A DNA stretch of 64,000 bases, from the IMG/VR virus record IMGVR_UViG_3300031975_000839; one strand, 5' to 3'. The translations under genes and the position numbers were made by a program. Shown here one piece after another: positions 29,349-39,418 of the stretch. The notes under the pieces are model-generated. The model did no database searches. It was not told the origin of the DNA and saw nothing but the letters and a program-made list of their open reading frames with translations. Position 1 is the stretch's first letter, and every line of letters starts with the position of its first letter. Origin of the DNA: an uncultured virus (IMG/VR IMGVR_UViG_3300031975_000839) (Duplodnaviria; Heunggongvirae; Uroviricota; Caudoviricetes).

Positions 29349-29699
29349 TTAGGCTGCAAAAGATGAGCCACAGCCACAAGTTGCAGATGCGTTTGGATTA
29401 TTGAATGTAAATGATTCACCCATAAGTGTTTTTGTGTAATCAATTGTTGCACCCTCAATGTAAGGAAAACTCATTGGGTCTACAACTAAAAACGCATCAT
29501 TCATATTATTTAATGGTATCTTGTAATCATCATCTTCTTCAAGTGAAAAATCAAAACCATAATTAAGTCCAGCACAACCACCACCCACTACAAATAATCT
29601 AATCTGATTATTATAGTCAACAGATTTACCATCATCAAATAACATAAATTGCAATTTTTGTTTAGCTGCATCTGTTAGTTTTACTCTTTCGTCTGTCAT
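29349..29699 (-). CDS. A-type Fe-S carrier (ErpA/IscA, HesB family)
   Basis: GGGCAG, VDPMS, NPNA..CGCGSSF. Confidence 0.92.
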   Translation of the reverse strand: MTDERVKLTDAAKQKLQFMLFDDGKSVDYNNQIRLFVVGGGCAGLNYGFDFSLEEDDDYKIPLNNMNDAFLVVDPMSFPYIEGATIDYTKTLMGESFTFNNPNASATCGCGSSFAA

Positions 29700-30361
29700 T
29701 GTAGAATATCCTTGTTTTTCCATGCTTCCACAGATTCTTTTAATAATGGTATATATGAGTTTTTATCTTTAATAAACTCTTGCACAACTCCATCTTCTGT
29801 AACAACTAGTATTACAATTTGATTTATTTCTGTGTTTGTTCTCTCACGATACATCTCTGCATATGCAGAGGCTTGTATGTAATAATTTTCATTCCACTCA
29901 TCTTTTCTTTCTTTAGATGAAGTTTTGAAGTCAATGACTGATAACTTTCCTTTATATTCTGCGATACAATCAACTCTACCAGCTATTTCATATTCATCAG
30001 AATATAATGCACACTCCTGTGCGTGAATATTATTTATATTATTTAAACCCTTATCTCTTAACTGTTTAAACAATACATAATGTAGAAAAATCCATTCATC
30101 TTTGTAAATTTCTTTATTATTTAGATAATCCTCACACATAGAGTGAACATGAGTTCCCCTAATTGCAGATTTGGAACTAATGTAAGTTGCAACTTCATTG
30201 CCTACTCTCTTTCTCCACTCCATCAATCCCTTTTTGTTCTTAACTGAAAGAACAGTGGTGATTGATGGATATTCTTTTCCATGTGGAGTTACATAGTATC
30301 TTTTTTTGTTTATTGTTTTTGTTTTTAAGTCAGTCAGATTCACATTCAAATGATAAAACAT
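29696..30361 (-). CDS. PD-(D/E)XK exonuclease
   Basis: YPSITTVL, RGTHVH, AGRVDCIA, IDFKTS, QASAYA. Confidence 0.88.
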   Translation of the reverse strand: MFYHLNVNLTDLKTKTINKKRYYVTPHGKEYPSITTVLSVKNKKGLMEWRKRVGNEVATYISSKSAIRGTHVHSMCEDYLNNKEIYKDEWIFLHYVLFKQLRDKGLNNINNIHAQECALYSDEYEIAGRVDCIAEYKGKLSVIDFKTSSKERKDEWNENYYIQASAYAEMYRERTNTEINQIVILVVTEDGVVQEFIKDKNSYIPLLKESVEAWKNKDILQ

Positions 30362-30376
30362 AATATTAATTTCTAA

Positions 30377-30850
30377 TTAAAAACCTCCGTTGATTGTAGT
30401 CATAAGTTCAAAGTGAGGTGCGTCTATGAAAGGGCGTTTATTTTGTGATCTACGAATATCAACATATGATGTCATAGCTTCTTCCATCGTGCCTGAAAAC
30501 ATACGGATATCTGATACAGTCCAAGCTGCACCCCATCTCAGCGGCACTTCTTCCTCTACTGCAGCTTGTTTCATTGCATCTGCAATATCATCATATACAT
30601 TAACTTCCCAACAAGCTCTACCATTTAGATAAGCCATTAAGTCTACTGCACGACCCTCTAAATGTTTTGAGTTCATAGTTTTTGATAAACCCTTTGCAAC
30701 TAATTCTTTTTGCTCCTCTATACTTCTGAGTCCTTGTATAACTCCAAAGTCTATTTTTGTGTATTGTATTGCTTTCTTAACAATATTAGATAATTTTTCA
30801 TCTACTCCGTCAAGTCTACCTAGTGACCTACTTGAAAGTTTAAAAGCCAT
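30377..30850 (-). CDS. endolysin, M15-family L-Ala-D-Glu peptidase
   Basis: GLRS, SKHLEGRAVD, LRWGAAW, DAPHFEL. Confidence 0.9.
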   Translation of the reverse strand: MAFKLSSRSLGRLDGVDEKLSNIVKKAIQYTKIDFGVIQGLRSIEEQKELVAKGLSKTMNSKHLEGRAVDLMAYLNGRACWEVNVYDDIADAMKQAAVEEEVPLRWGAAWTVSDIRMFSGTMEEAMTSYVDIRRSQNKRPFIDAPHFELMTTINGGF

Positions 30851-31554
30851 TATTCTACTCCTATTCCTAATTTAGTTTTCTGAATGAGATAATCTCTAAC
30901 GAAACCAGAGCGAACTATATCCCCAATATCAAACTCAACACAGTTAAACTGTTTCATTTCTTCTAGTATTCTTAAAAAGTCATGCAATCCATTTCTCTCA
31001 TTCATTTTAGTCAAGTCAGTCTGCATGAAATCTCCACAGAAAATAATTTTAGAATCTTGACCTACTCTTGTTACAATTGTGTCTAGCTCATGAAAATTTA
31101 AATTTTGACATTCGTCTACTATTATGATTGAGTTATCAAAAGTTAAACCTCTAAGGAAAGATGTTGAAAGAAAATAAAAACTTCCTTGAGCCTTTAATCT
31201 GTCGTATAGCATATTGAACGCTTGTTCATTTGGTTGCTTGAACATAAACTGTACCATATTAGAATATGGCACTTGATACAATGCAGCTTTATCTTCTTCA
31301 TCGCCTGGTAAAAAACCTATCTCTCTTGTAGGTATTAAAGAGCGAACCATTACCACTCTTTCATATGGTGTTTCATTTTTTAACACATCTTGAAAAGCAA
31401 GATACATTGAAACAAAAGTTTTACCAGTTCCAGCACAGCCAAATAAAAATTGATTTAAACCTTTTTTATATGATTCAAAAACTAATTTTTGATTATCTGT
31501 AATTGGTTTAATCTCAACTAAATCTGAGTTACTAATTTCTTTTTTCTTTGACAT
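30850..31554 (-). CDS. phoH: PhoH-family ATPase
   Basis: GCAGTGKT, IGFLPG, SFLRGLT, VDECQN, GDFMQTD. Confidence 0.95.
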   Translation of the reverse strand: MSKKKEISNSDLVEIKPITDNQKLVFESYKKGLNQFLFGCAGTGKTFVSMYLAFQDVLKNETPYERVVMVRSLIPTREIGFLPGDEEDKAALYQVPYSNMVQFMFKQPNEQAFNMLYDRLKAQGSFYFLSTSFLRGLTFDNSIIIVDECQNLNFHELDTIVTRVGQDSKIIFCGDFMQTDLTKMNERNGLHDFLRILEEMKQFNCVEFDIGDIVRSGFVRDYLIQKTKLGIGVE

Positions 31555-31578
31555 ATTTAATTTATTCCAAGTTAAAGG

Positions 31579-31596
31579 TGGGGGGAAAATCCCCCC
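31579..31596 (-). terminator. G6/C6 hairpin, probable terminator; identical copy at 53380
   Basis: TGGGGGGAAAATCCCCCC. Confidence 0.6.
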
Positions 31597-31660
31597 TATA
31601 TAAGTTCTTTAAAATTTAAGAATTAATCTTGTTATTATATTGAAACTTATACAGTTATAT

Positions 31661-32008
31661 TTATGTAGTTTTGTATGTTCGTGTAAGTTTACTAACATCT
31701 TGTCCACCATCTTTGCGTACCATTCCATGCTTTTTACCTATACTTTCCACCTTTTTCTGTGCATTTGTGCGATTATCACCGAATCTATCAGCAAGTGGAC
31801 TATTAGGGTGAGCTTGTGAAATACGACTAAAAACTTCTTTCATACCGCCGTCCATTCTTTTTACCACATGGTCACCTACTATCGCTGGTGCAGATATGAT
31901 ACTCTCAACATGAGGATTGTCATTTAGATAAGTTTCTTTTTCTGATATTTTCATCAACTTATCATAAGTTTCATCTGTTTCTTTATTGTAAAATGTATAT
32001 ACTGGCAT
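31661..32008 (-). CDS. FmdB-like small regulatory protein
   Basis: MPVYTF N-terminus, YLNDNPH. Confidence 0.6.
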   Translation of the reverse strand: MPVYTFYNKETDETYDKLMKISEKETYLNDNPHVESIISAPAIVGDHVVKRMDGGMKEVFSRISQAHPNSPLADRFGDNRTNAQKKVESIGKKHGMVRKDGGQDVSKLTRTYKTT

Positions 32009-32011
32009 ACT

Positions 32012-32665
32012 TTATCCTATCTCTATAAATTCTTTATTTGCTACTTTGCCAAGTTTACCTACTGCAAAATAATTAGTTCCTATGATGAGTCTTTGCTCAT
32101 CACTTTTATTTGGTAGTGACTCATGGTCAACCCAGCCAGGAAACATAACTATATCTCCAGTTTTTACTTTTATGTCTGTTGCGTGAGAATTAAAAACATT
32201 AGGTTCTTTTTTTTCATAAGCAAAATAAAAACCCTCTTGTAATCTACTCCTTTGCATTTTTAATCGCAACTCGCCACCATTATCAGGATTTGCAGCTGCA
32301 TAGTAAACACAGCTTAAAATCGTATTTGGGTGTGCGTGTAAATGGTGTGTTGAATCTTTTCCATTTATTGCACTCCAACTTTGAGTTAAATAAAAACAAT
32401 TTTCAATTTGTAATATTTTTTCTACATAATGATTAAATCTTGAAAGTATAAAAATTTTAACTCTATGTAATTTTTCATCTTCTAATACTTTGTCAGTTTT
32501 AGAAATTTTAACACCATTCTTACCACTTTGTTTAGTGATGTGATAATCTTGATTTAAAACAGTATCTAGTTCGTCTTTGGTTAAAATAAAATTAGTTTCT
32601 TCTTTGTACACTGGAAGTGCATGAACTGGCATTACATCTTGTTTTAATATTTTAACTTCTTCCAT
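32012..32665 (-). CDS. 2OG-Fe(II) oxygenase
   Basis: QSW, HAHPNTILSCVYY, FPGWVDH, RLII. Confidence 0.85.
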   Translation of the reverse strand: MEEVKILKQDVMPVHALPVYKEETNFILTKDELDTVLNQDYHITKQSGKNGVKISKTDKVLEDEKLHRVKIFILSRFNHYVEKILQIENCFYLTQSWSAINGKDSTHHLHAHPNTILSCVYYAAANPDNGGELRLKMQRSRLQEGFYFAYEKKEPNVFNSHATDIKVKTGDIVMFPGWVDHESLPNKSDEQRLIIGTNYFAVGKLGKVANKEFIEIG

Positions 32666-32677
32666 AAAATTTTCACC

Positions 32678-33265
32678 TCATCTCATATCTATATTACTTG
32701 TTATATTTATTCTCTGTCTATTTGAATTATTAACTTCAACCTCATGTGGCACCCATGCAGGCCATAGAATTAAATCTCCATCTTCAGGCTCGTATCCAAA
32801 TTTACGCACAAATGGTGAAGTTACACTACATTGCCCTAATAAATTTGATTCATTGTGAAACCAAATTTTTCCAGTATCAGTTCCTTGTAAGTAATATACT
32901 GATGCAAACATATGTTCTTTATGTGCGTGTATTGTATTTTTAGAGCCTGGCTCATTGATATTTACCCAAGAATTGTAATACATTGTAAATTTTGTTTTTT
33001 GCAATTGCTCACTATATTTTTCATCTAATGGTGTATAGTGGCTCATAGCTTTTTCTGTTAATTTTAGTTGTGATTCATTTAACCAATTAATAGAATTGTT
33101 GAGAACATTAAAGTTAAATCTAAAACAACCCTCATTAGAAAATGGGTCATTTTTAACTTTATCATCTTGAGATATTGAAATTAAGAAATCTTTTAGTTGT
33201 TTTCTTTCTTCTAAAGTTCCTATGTTTTTTTCAATAAATAAATCTGCATTAAATAATTTTACCAT
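32678..33265 (-). CDS. 2OG-Fe(II) oxygenase
   Basis: WVNIN, HAH, ASVYY, WPAWVPHEV, RINI. Confidence 0.85.
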   Translation of the reverse strand: MVKLFNADLFIEKNIGTLEERKQLKDFLISISQDDKVKNDPFSNEGCFRFNFNVLNNSINWLNESQLKLTEKAMSHYTPLDEKYSEQLQKTKFTMYYNSWVNINEPGSKNTIHAHKEHMFASVYYLQGTDTGKIWFHNESNLLGQCSVTSPFVRKFGYEPEDGDLILWPAWVPHEVEVNNSNRQRINITSNIDMR

Positions 33266-33473
33266 ATACCCTATAAGAAGTCATACCAATATTTTCGTGG
33301 ATTTTATCAATTATACCTTTTCTACCTTCTGGTGCAATACCCAAAATGATAAGTCCATTTTTACCATCTTTTTTATATTTTATATCCATACCATCTAACA
33401 TCTTCATTGTTTTTGCTCTATGATTGGGATTAGATGATATACCAAACATTTCTTCAACTTTACCTTTAAACAT
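33249..33473 (-). CDS. hypothetical protein
   Basis: Overlapping ORF. Confidence 0.5.
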   Translation of the reverse strand: MFKGKVEEMFGISSNPNHRAKTMKMLDGMDIKYKKDGKNGLIILGIAPEGRKGIIDKIHENIGMTSYRVYGKII

Positions 33474-33705
33474 TTTTAATTTGTTCCATTTTCAAAGTTC
33501 TTATCATTTTTTTTAATTTCTTGTTTTCTTCAATTAGTTTATTAATTCCTTGCACCAACTTATCAGTTCTTTTTAACGAATCATAATAAGTTTTTGTTAA
33601 CTCTGCATTATCTTTTTTGTAACCCATAATATGTTTTTCTAATTCTTCAATTTTGTTTACTGTCATAAAACCACCTCGGCTTCTCTCTTTTTTTCCATAC
33701 TGCAA
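33466..33705 (-). CDS. hypothetical coiled-coil protein
   Basis: Likely start at MTVNK after GAGGTG. Confidence 0.55.
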   Translation of the reverse strand: MQYGKKERSRGGFMTVNKIEELEKHIMGYKKDNAELTKTYYDSLKRTDKLVQGINKLIEENKKLKKMIRTLKMEQIKNV

Positions 33706-34216
33706 ATCTTGATTTCTCTTTTATATAGTAGTTGTGATATGCTTGTATTGGATTGCCATCTACTTTACAATAGTCTGGCATAGCTTGTGGTGGCTCCGTA
33801 AAACCAATATCTGAAATATTGTTTGGAAGTGCCCATAATGCATTTCTAAGTTTAGTATCTGTTTCATGTATTTTATTGTATCTAAAAGTATACTCATCAC
33901 ATAATGCACAAAATAAATTATAAAGGTATTGATAATTTTGTTTTGATATTCTTGTCCAAACTGTGCATGGGTGATTAAAATGAACAGCTTTGTAATAAGT
34001 CATCTCTGCCTCTAAATCATCACAACCCTCATATAAATCCCAATGCGTCACCATTGTTTTACCAGACTTACTTGGTTTTTTAACTGCAACACCATCTAAC
34101 ATTCTGTGTGCAGTTGATAACATTTGTGCGTATTCAATTATCATTTTGACAACATGCTTGTCGCAATGCATCTTCGCACACACCTCTGGATTTTCATGTA
34201 GATAAAATATGTTCAT
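33647..34216 (-). CDS. pyrimidine-dimer DNA glycosylase/DenV-like protein
   Basis: MNIFYL, HCDKHVVKM, QMLSTAH, NHPCTVW, PQAMPD; own TTGACA-17-TACAAT promoter. Confidence 0.8.
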   Translation of the reverse strand: MNIFYLHENPEVCAKMHCDKHVVKMIIEYAQMLSTAHRMLDGVAVKKPSKSGKTMVTHWDLYEGCDDLEAEMTYYKAVHFNHPCTVWTRISKQNYQYLYNLFCALCDEYTFRYNKIHETDTKLRNALWALPNNISDIGFTEPPQAMPDYCKVDGNPIQAYHNYYIKEKSRFAVWKKREKPRWFYDSKQN

Positions 34217-34270
34217 TATTTCTCCAAGTTTTTTTCATTGTAATATAAATTGAATCTTTTGTCAAGACAA

Positions 34271-34876
34271 TTATTCAGTTTCCCACCTATAAAAAATATG
34301 GTCACCAATACTTACTGTTCTTGTCTTTGATTTTCTCCAAGCTGGTTTCACATAGTGTGCGTGGTAATGAGTTGCACCATCTGTAATATCATTTATTTCA
34401 AAATCAGATGTAAGTGCGATTTCAGAAAATTCATATATTTCTTGAAATAAATCTTTATGCACTATATCGTCTGGCTTGTTATCACAAAACCAACTAAATT
34501 GACATTTGTTCAAAATTGGAACATACTGTCTTTTACCTTGTGGTAAATCCTTACCTTTTGTTTTAGATGATTCAGTCATATACGCTTGATAGACAACTTC
34601 ACAAATTGTATTAGGAAATCTACTGTCATTTTTTCTGTTTATAGTGACATTAGTTACACCTAACCAACCAGCTGTTCCCTGATTTCTAGCTTCAAAATAA
34701 ATATTTTCTGCAAGACAAAATACCTCATTAATTTCATCTTGAGATAACTCTCTTTTTTTCTGTGCCTCTATTACTTCTTTTTCTTTGTCTACTTTAAAAC
34801 TAATTAATAAACCAATAAAGGATAGTATTAAAATTACATTTACTAATCCTAATATTACAAATGTTTTATTTTTCAT
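34271..34876 (-). CDS. SleB-like cell wall hydrolase
   Basis: CLAENIYFEAR, FPNTICEVVYQ, CQFSW, GATHYHA, HIFY. Confidence 0.9.
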   Translation of the reverse strand: MKNKTFVILGLVNVILILSFIGLLISFKVDKEKEVIEAQKKRELSQDEINEVFCLAENIYFEARNQGTAGWLGVTNVTINRKNDSRFPNTICEVVYQAYMTESSKTKGKDLPQGKRQYVPILNKCQFSWFCDNKPDDIVHKDLFQEIYEFSEIALTSDFEINDITDGATHYHAHYVKPAWRKSKTRTVSIGDHIFYRWETE

Positions 34877-35279
34877 TTCTATATTCCTTGTATTGTTTTA
34901 ATAAATCTACTTCCATTAATAATGCTTGTTTTTCCCAAGGCACATCATGGTATGGTGTATCTGTATAGTCATTACCTTTCCAAAACTCTTTATTATACTT
35001 TTGAGTTAATTGTTTTGTTGCGTATTGCCATACATGAACCATCTCATGTGCGATAGTTGAGATAAACATTTCTTCACTTAGTTTTTTATCTATTTCAAGG
35101 TCAAACTCTCTTGTGGTGATGCTGTAACAATAACCATCTGCTTCTTTTATATTTTTAAGAGTTACATCAATCTCAAGAGTTTTCATTTTGGGCATTAGTT
35201 TTTCAATACAAAAGAAAACGACATCTTCTGTTAAAAGACGCCGTCTTTTGTAACTACCCTCAACTGATACTAAATTCAT
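34866..35279 (-). CDS. zincin-like (SprT-type) metallopeptidase
   Basis: AHEMVHVWQ, PWEKQA. Confidence 0.75.
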   Translation of the reverse strand: MNLVSVEGSYKRRRLLTEDVVFFCIEKLMPKMKTLEIDVTLKNIKEADGYCYSITTREFDLEIDKKLSEEMFISTIAHEMVHVWQYATKQLTQKYNKEFWKGNDYTDTPYHDVPWEKQALLMEVDLLKQYKEYRNEK

Positions 35280-35280
35280 A

Positions 35281-35598
35281 TCATCTTAAGTAAAGTGGCC
35301 CTGTCCACTGAATTGGAAAACCACCCTCTAACACATTACCTCTTGCAGAATTTCTTGCTGGAGAGTTCCAACTTGCAGCCATTAACACATCACCTAACTT
35401 AAATTTTGGATCTGTGTCTGTGTTAACTACAAAAGAATTAACACCACCATCTGATATAACTTTGATGTATTTCTTACCAACTTTAATTTCGTATTGTTTA
35501 TCGCCTGAAAAACTACTATTGTTATAGTCAGATTTCATAGCATCAATCATGTTATTAATACCCTCTAAAACTGTGTTACCTTTTTGTACTGCAATCAT
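35281..35598 (-). CDS. conserved hypothetical early protein
   Basis: GKKYIKV, GDVLMAASWNSPARNSARGNV, WTGPLYL. Confidence 0.75.
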   Translation of the reverse strand: MIAVQKGNTVLEGINNMIDAMKSDYNNSSFSGDKQYEIKVGKKYIKVISDGGVNSFVVNTDTDPKFKLGDVLMAASWNSPARNSARGNVLEGGFPIQWTGPLYLR

Positions 35599-35630
35599 AA
35601 TTTATTACCATATTTGTTAATCATATGTAT

Positions 35631-35700
35631 ATTTTATTACTATTTAACAAATATGTCAAGGGTTTTATTAAAAAAAGATTCCTTTAAAATCAGTCACTTA
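35631..35700 (-). promoter_or_regulatory. sigma70 promoter with upstream IHF-like box
   Basis: TTGACA(35654-59)-17-TAAAAT; AATCAGTCACTTA 35688-35700. Confidence 0.72.
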
Positions 35701-36253
35701 CTGGACTTGTTGGAAAAGGCCATGCAGCTGGTGATGAATTTTTCTCCAACCATTCCAATACATTTTCTGGTTTAGTTTCCTCGTATGGGTCATCATCAAG
35801 TCCATTATTATTATAGCCTTTTTCTTCAAACCATGCGATAACATTACCATCTTCAATCACACAAGCGTATCTCCAAGACCTGTGTCCAAATCCTAAATGT
35901 TTTTTATTACATAACATACCCATCTTTTCAGTAAAATCTCCATTACCATCAGGTATCATCTCTACATTTTTAATTTTTAATTCACTTTTCCATGCGTTCA
36001 TAACAAAACTATCATTAACACTTATACAGTAAATATTGTCAACTCCATGTTTTTGAAATTCACTAAATTTTAAATCAAATCCTGGCAACTGAAAATTAGT
36101 GCAAGTAGGTGTAAATGCACCAGGCAAAGAAAATAAAACACTTTTTCCTTTTCCAAAGTAATCATCTGTTGTGTATTCTCCCCACTCATAAGAAACACCA
36201 ACTTTACTTTTTACTCTAACTTTAAATTTTAAGTCTGGTAAATATTTTTCCAT
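35690..36253 (-). CDS. peroxiredoxin (Prx5-like)
   Basis: LPGAFTPTC, SVNDSFVMNAW, DGNG, RSWRY. Confidence 0.93.
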   Translation of the reverse strand: MEKYLPDLKFKVRVKSKVGVSYEWGEYTTDDYFGKGKSVLFSLPGAFTPTCTNFQLPGFDLKFSEFQKHGVDNIYCISVNDSFVMNAWKSELKIKNVEMIPDGNGDFTEKMGMLCNKKHLGFGHRSWRYACVIEDGNVIAWFEEKGYNNNGLDDDPYEETKPENVLEWLEKNSSPAAWPFPTSPVSD

Positions 36254-36262
36254 TATAATCTC

Positions 36263-36775
36263 CTATTCATCAACAGTACCAGTTGCAGAACGGCTAGCTG
36301 CCATGTACCTATCACCAATTAACATAAAGTTATTATCCCAATCAAATGCTTCTTGAACTACATTTGTAGATAATCCTTTGTAAACTTGGTGTAATTTTTT
36401 ATCTTTTGCATTAACAAGTAACTCTGCCTCACTCTCATGTAAACCTTCTAACATTTGAATGAACATCTGTTCTTTTTTGAACTGTGGTGTTTCTCTATCA
36501 CCACCCTCAATAAATCTAAAAATCTTTTTTACTTGCTGAGATAATATGGTATGTTCTGTTCCAGCTGGTGCATCATTTTTTGTATATGGAACATCTCCTT
36601 TTGGGAATACCCATTTAATTTTTGGGTCAAAGGATGACTTAATTATCATGCGAAGTCCGTCAGAATTGTATTGTTTTAGTATTCTAACTTTTTCTTTTTT
36701 TGTTTTTGCCTTGTGAACTAACTCAAGGATTTCTGAATATAATAGTGTTGAGCCTGCCATTTTAAAAATCTCCAA
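36263..36775 (-). CDS. conserved hypothetical protein of T4-like phages
   Basis: PKGDVPY, FIQMLEGLHESEAELL. Confidence 0.75.
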   Translation of the reverse strand: MEIFKMAGSTLLYSEILELVHKAKTKKEKVRILKQYNSDGLRMIIKSSFDPKIKWVFPKGDVPYTKNDAPAGTEHTILSQQVKKIFRFIEGGDRETPQFKKEQMFIQMLEGLHESEAELLVNAKDKKLHQVYKGLSTNVVQEAFDWDNNFMLIGDRYMAASRSATGTVDE

Positions 36776-37613
36776 TGTTTTCAGTTAATGTTTTTAATTT
36801 GTTTGTTGTAAGATAATTTAACAATTTACTCCTGTCACCACAAGATGAAGTTTCTATTGCGTTAATGATATCTGATTCAATGTTGTTAGGAATATTTTTA
36901 AGGTCTATTAGCTTTAAGTTTCTTTGATAGTTTCTTTTCACTTCATCATTCCAATCATCAATATTTTCATTTATCATTTTATCTATTCTTTTTTTACCTA
37001 ATGGTTTTTGCCTTAACCCATCAGTAAAAGTATGGTCTGGTGATAACACATTTGGAACACCATCACCAGAATCACCTTTCAATATGTGTTCTTTTATATA
37101 GGTGTTTGGATCATGTCCATTTACTTCTTTTTTAGTTACTGGACTCCATTGCTTTACATTTTCTTTATGTAACTGTATAAAATCTTTATCACTTGATATA
37201 ATCATAACATCTTTAGTGTAGCAACTTTGTGTAATAACTGCAATAATATCATCAGCCTCTGCACCATAAACTTCAACAGATTTGTATGGTAAATTTTCTT
37301 TTATTTCATCTCGTATTTTATTTGTAACTTCAAATATTTTATTCCAATCAAGATTAGATTTTTCTCTATTCTTTTTTCTACTAGCTTTATATTGTGGAAA
37401 TAAATCTCTACGCCAGTAGTGTTTTGAATCCCATGCGAGAATAATATCTTCATCAGTTTGCACATAATCACTTTTAAATTCCATTACATAATTACGAACA
37501 GAATTAAGTATCATGTGCCTAACCATACTTTCATCAACTTGTGTTGTTTCGTCTAATCTTAATTGCATCATTACACTTGCAAGTGCAATTTGATTCATAT
37601 CAATAATAATCAT
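36762..37613 (-). CDS. rnh: T4-type RNase H (5'-3' exonuclease)
   Basis: IIDMNQ, YWRR, YKASR, EADDII, SSDKDFIQL, GDSGDGVPN. Confidence 0.95.
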   Translation of the reverse strand: MIIIDMNQIALASVMMQLRLDETTQVDESMVRHMILNSVRNYVMEFKSDYVQTDEDIILAWDSKHYWRRDLFPQYKASRKKNREKSNLDWNKIFEVTNKIRDEIKENLPYKSVEVYGAEADDIIAVITQSCYTKDVMIISSDKDFIQLHKENVKQWSPVTKKEVNGHDPNTYIKEHILKGDSGDGVPNVLSPDHTFTDGLRQKPLGKKRIDKMINENIDDWNDEVKRNYQRNLKLIDLKNIPNNIESDIINAIETSSCGDRSKLLNYLTTNKLKTLTENIGDF

Positions 37614-37617
37614 TTTC

Positions 37618-38307
37618 TTATCCTACTGTTTTATAATAAACATTAAAACTCATACTTCTTCTTTCACCATCACAATAAAAAGGATATACTGAATGTTTTA
37701 ACCATGATGGAAAAATTAAAAACTGTCCAACCTCTGGCTTAAATGTCAAAGTATCATTTCTTAAATTTGCAGATTCACCATATGTGAACTGTATCATACC
37801 ACTTACTGGATAATGGTCTTCCATTTCTTTTTCAAAATGTTTATCCATATCTTTTGGTATTTTTAAATATATCACACCAGATAAATGCCCAGAGTGTTTA
37901 TGCCATGGATTGTATTCACCTTTATATTGACTTACAATCCAAGTTTGGTCTATACGAATATTTTGCTCTGTCAAGTCACCATGCTTAAACTTATGAGTTT
38001 CACTATGTAAAGTAAATAAATCTATGTGAGCTTTATTTCTTTTAATATTATTGTTTAAATATTGTAAACAACCTTTTCTAATAACATCTAAACAATACGC
38101 ACTATCTTCTTTATTTGTTATTGGTATTCTAACTTCTTTATGAACTTTACCTACAAGTTGCCCAGACCAATCCCATTCTCTTGATTTTACTTCATCATTT
38201 AAAACTTCGTCACCAACACCATTAATTAAATTTAAAAATTTATCTGGAACTTTAGATTCCATAATGATGGGGCTAAATGGTTCGTGAAATTTAATTTTAT
38301 TATCCAT
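37618..38307 (-). CDS. 2OG-Fe(II) oxygenase
   Basis: EYNPWHKH, LSGVIYL, FPSWLKHSVYPF, RRSMSFN. Confidence 0.85.
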   Translation of the reverse strand: MDNKIKFHEPFSPIIMESKVPDKFLNLINGVGDEVLNDEVKSREWDWSGQLVGKVHKEVRIPITNKEDSAYCLDVIRKGCLQYLNNNIKRNKAHIDLFTLHSETHKFKHGDLTEQNIRIDQTWIVSQYKGEYNPWHKHSGHLSGVIYLKIPKDMDKHFEKEMEDHYPVSGMIQFTYGESANLRNDTLTFKPEVGQFLIFPSWLKHSVYPFYCDGERRSMSFNVYYKTVG

Positions 38308-38726
38308 TACGAATCCTCTACAATTTTTTTAAGTATATCACCTCTAAATGTTGTGTAATACTTACCATCTTTTTTTTTCATTTGAATTAATTTATCCATT
38401 AAATCAATCATAATATTTTCATAACCATACTGCCTATTAATTAAACCTTTAATAGACTCATTTACAAATGCAACATCTTTAATAAAATTTGTAGAGCTTA
38501 AATCAAAATTATTTTCTTTTAAAGTATGAATCATTTGTAAAACAATATTCTCTGTGAGTTTTTCTATTTGCATAATGTTGTTTTTTAGTTCTTCAAGTTT
38601 TCGTTTCTTAATTTCTTCTTCACTCAATTTTGGTGGAGTTTTTGAAGATTTTTTCCACGGCCCTACAACAACATTATTTTCTATTTCTTTCTTCATCGTC
38701 CATTTCTCTTGTCCACTCACACGCAA
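38307..38726 (-). CDS. hypothetical protein
   Basis: NNVVVGPW; overlapping ORF. Confidence 0.6.
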   Translation of the reverse strand: MRVSGQEKWTMKKEIENNVVVGPWKKSSKTPPKLSEEEIKKRKLEELKNNIMQIEKLTENIVLQMIHTLKENNFDLSSTNFIKDVAFVNESIKGLINRQYGYENIMIDLMDKLIQMKKKDGKYYTTFRGDILKKIVEDS

Positions 38727-39147
38727 TATCAGGATACCAAATTCCTACAACTCTTTTTGGATTTCCAGCTGCATCATATGCCATAGAGGTACATTTAAAA
38801 GTTACTTTCTTTTCTTGATACTCGCCACACCTCATATCAATCCAATCTCCATATTTAATATAATCTTCACAATGACGAATATAACCTTGTATATCCATTA
38901 TTTTTGATTCTGCACCTTTTATATTATTTCTTGCATCACTTTTTGCAGATAAAAGTAATTCTCTTTGTGTTTTAATCCACTTACGAACATTTTTAAGTGA
39001 GAAAGTATCATCATCAGGTAAATTTTTTACTTTTGAGTGTATGTTTTTATACTCTGGTGGATTTTCTTTTAATCGTTTTTCTCTTGCGATTCTAAGTCTT
39101 TCCACAGCTGCTTCTCTTTGCTCTGGTGTCATTTTTCTTTTAGACAT
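38674..39147 (-). CDS. conserved hypothetical protein
   Basis: AVERLRIAREKR, GDWID, AYDAAG. Confidence 0.7.
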   Translation of the reverse strand: MSKRKMTPEQREAAVERLRIAREKRLKENPPEYKNIHSKVKNLPDDDTFSLKNVRKWIKTQRELLLSAKSDARNNIKGAESKIMDIQGYIRHCEDYIKYGDWIDMRCGEYQEKKVTFKCTSMAYDAAGNPKRVVGIWYPDIACEWTREMDDEERNRK

Positions 39148-39151
39148 AATT

Positions 39152-39418
39152 TTAGAACCTCTTTTGTGGTATCATATCTGCTTGTTTTTTTAACCATCTT
39201 CTTTTACCAGCAGCCTTCTGCAATCTAACTTTAGTACCTCTTGATTGATAAAATTCTTTTTTTCTCAAATCATTTAAGATACCACCATTTTGAACTTTCT
39301 TTTTCAAGTTTCTTAATGCACGATTTATATCACCATTAATAACTTCTATTCTTTTATCAAAAGATTGTTTTGCCTTTTTATACTTTCTTCCCACTAATAT
39401 ATCTCCTTGAGTTTCCAC
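39152..39418 (-). CDS. rpsU: ribosomal protein bS21 homologue (likely GTG start at 39394)
   Basis: VINGDINRALRNLKKKV...GILNDLRKKEFY...RLQKAAGKRR. Confidence 0.8.
   Translation of the reverse strand: METQGDILVGRKYKKAKQSFDKRIEVINGDINRALRNLKKKVQNGGILNDLRKKEFYQSRGTKVRLQKAAGKRRWLKKQADMIPQKRF

Noticed and set aside
29696..30361. Cas4 or CRISPR association of the PD-(D/E)XK nuclease
   Set aside because: No four-Cys Fe-S pattern and no array; this is the usual exonuclease next to phoH.
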